A stretch of DNA of 48,131 nt from an uncultured Acinetobacter sp. (GTDB lineage: Bacteria > Pseudomonadota > Gammaproteobacteria > Pseudomonadales > Moraxellaceae), in NCBI GenBank assembly GCA_947627655.1, contig CANQWW010000001.1, positions 1 through 48,131 on the forward strand, given 5' to 3'. Positions 48,118 through 48,131 of this stretch are shown here, piece after piece (position 1 is the stretch's first letter; every line of letters starts with the position of its first letter). A program made the translations under genes and the position numbers. Under the pieces are notes generated by a model. That model had not been told where the DNA came from, did no database searches, and saw nothing but the letters and a program-made list of their open reading frames with translations.

Positions 48118-48131
48118 GCGCGTAGCTTAAA

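Noticed and set aside
1-48131. IS elements, integrases, prophage genes, rRNA/tRNA genes and CRISPR arrays
   Set aside because: None was recognised among the ORFs or intergenic regions by manual reading. The many remaining 60-135 aa track ORFs overlap well-supported genes and are treated as spurious.

Overview
Chromosomal segment of an Acinetobacter species, inferred from protein sequences and gene order. In order it carries: the 5' part of chpA and pilJIHG (Pil-Chp chemosensory cluster); an RND pump pair without an outer-membrane factor; proS; a four-gene cluster of secreted FilA/DUF6160-like proteins; dcd; a TAXI-TRAP operon; apbC; a hydrophilin-like gene; metG; an accessory patch (lipoprotein, AT-rich PIN-like gene, MBL hydrolase); a frameshifted BaiN/YhiN-family flavoprotein gene; several small membrane or stress genes, two of them below the ORF-track cut-off; eat-eutBC with a sigma-54-like promoter; gltIJKL; fpr with a divergent LysR regulator; and a cold-shock/Excalibur gene. 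No rRNA, tRNA, CRISPR array or transposase was recognised. Three observations stand out. (1) Two copies of a ~110-nt intergenic element (28624-28731 and 48008-48117) have diverged stems but a conserved three-hairpin fold, bulged A, TCC loops and a candidate pseudoknot, kept by compensatory changes. (2) The four secreted proteins share a post-signal-peptide motif in the register of a double-glycine (C39 peptidase) leader. (3) A stand-alone, low-GC PIN-like gene sits in a metG-downstream patch that also has a duplicated terminator.
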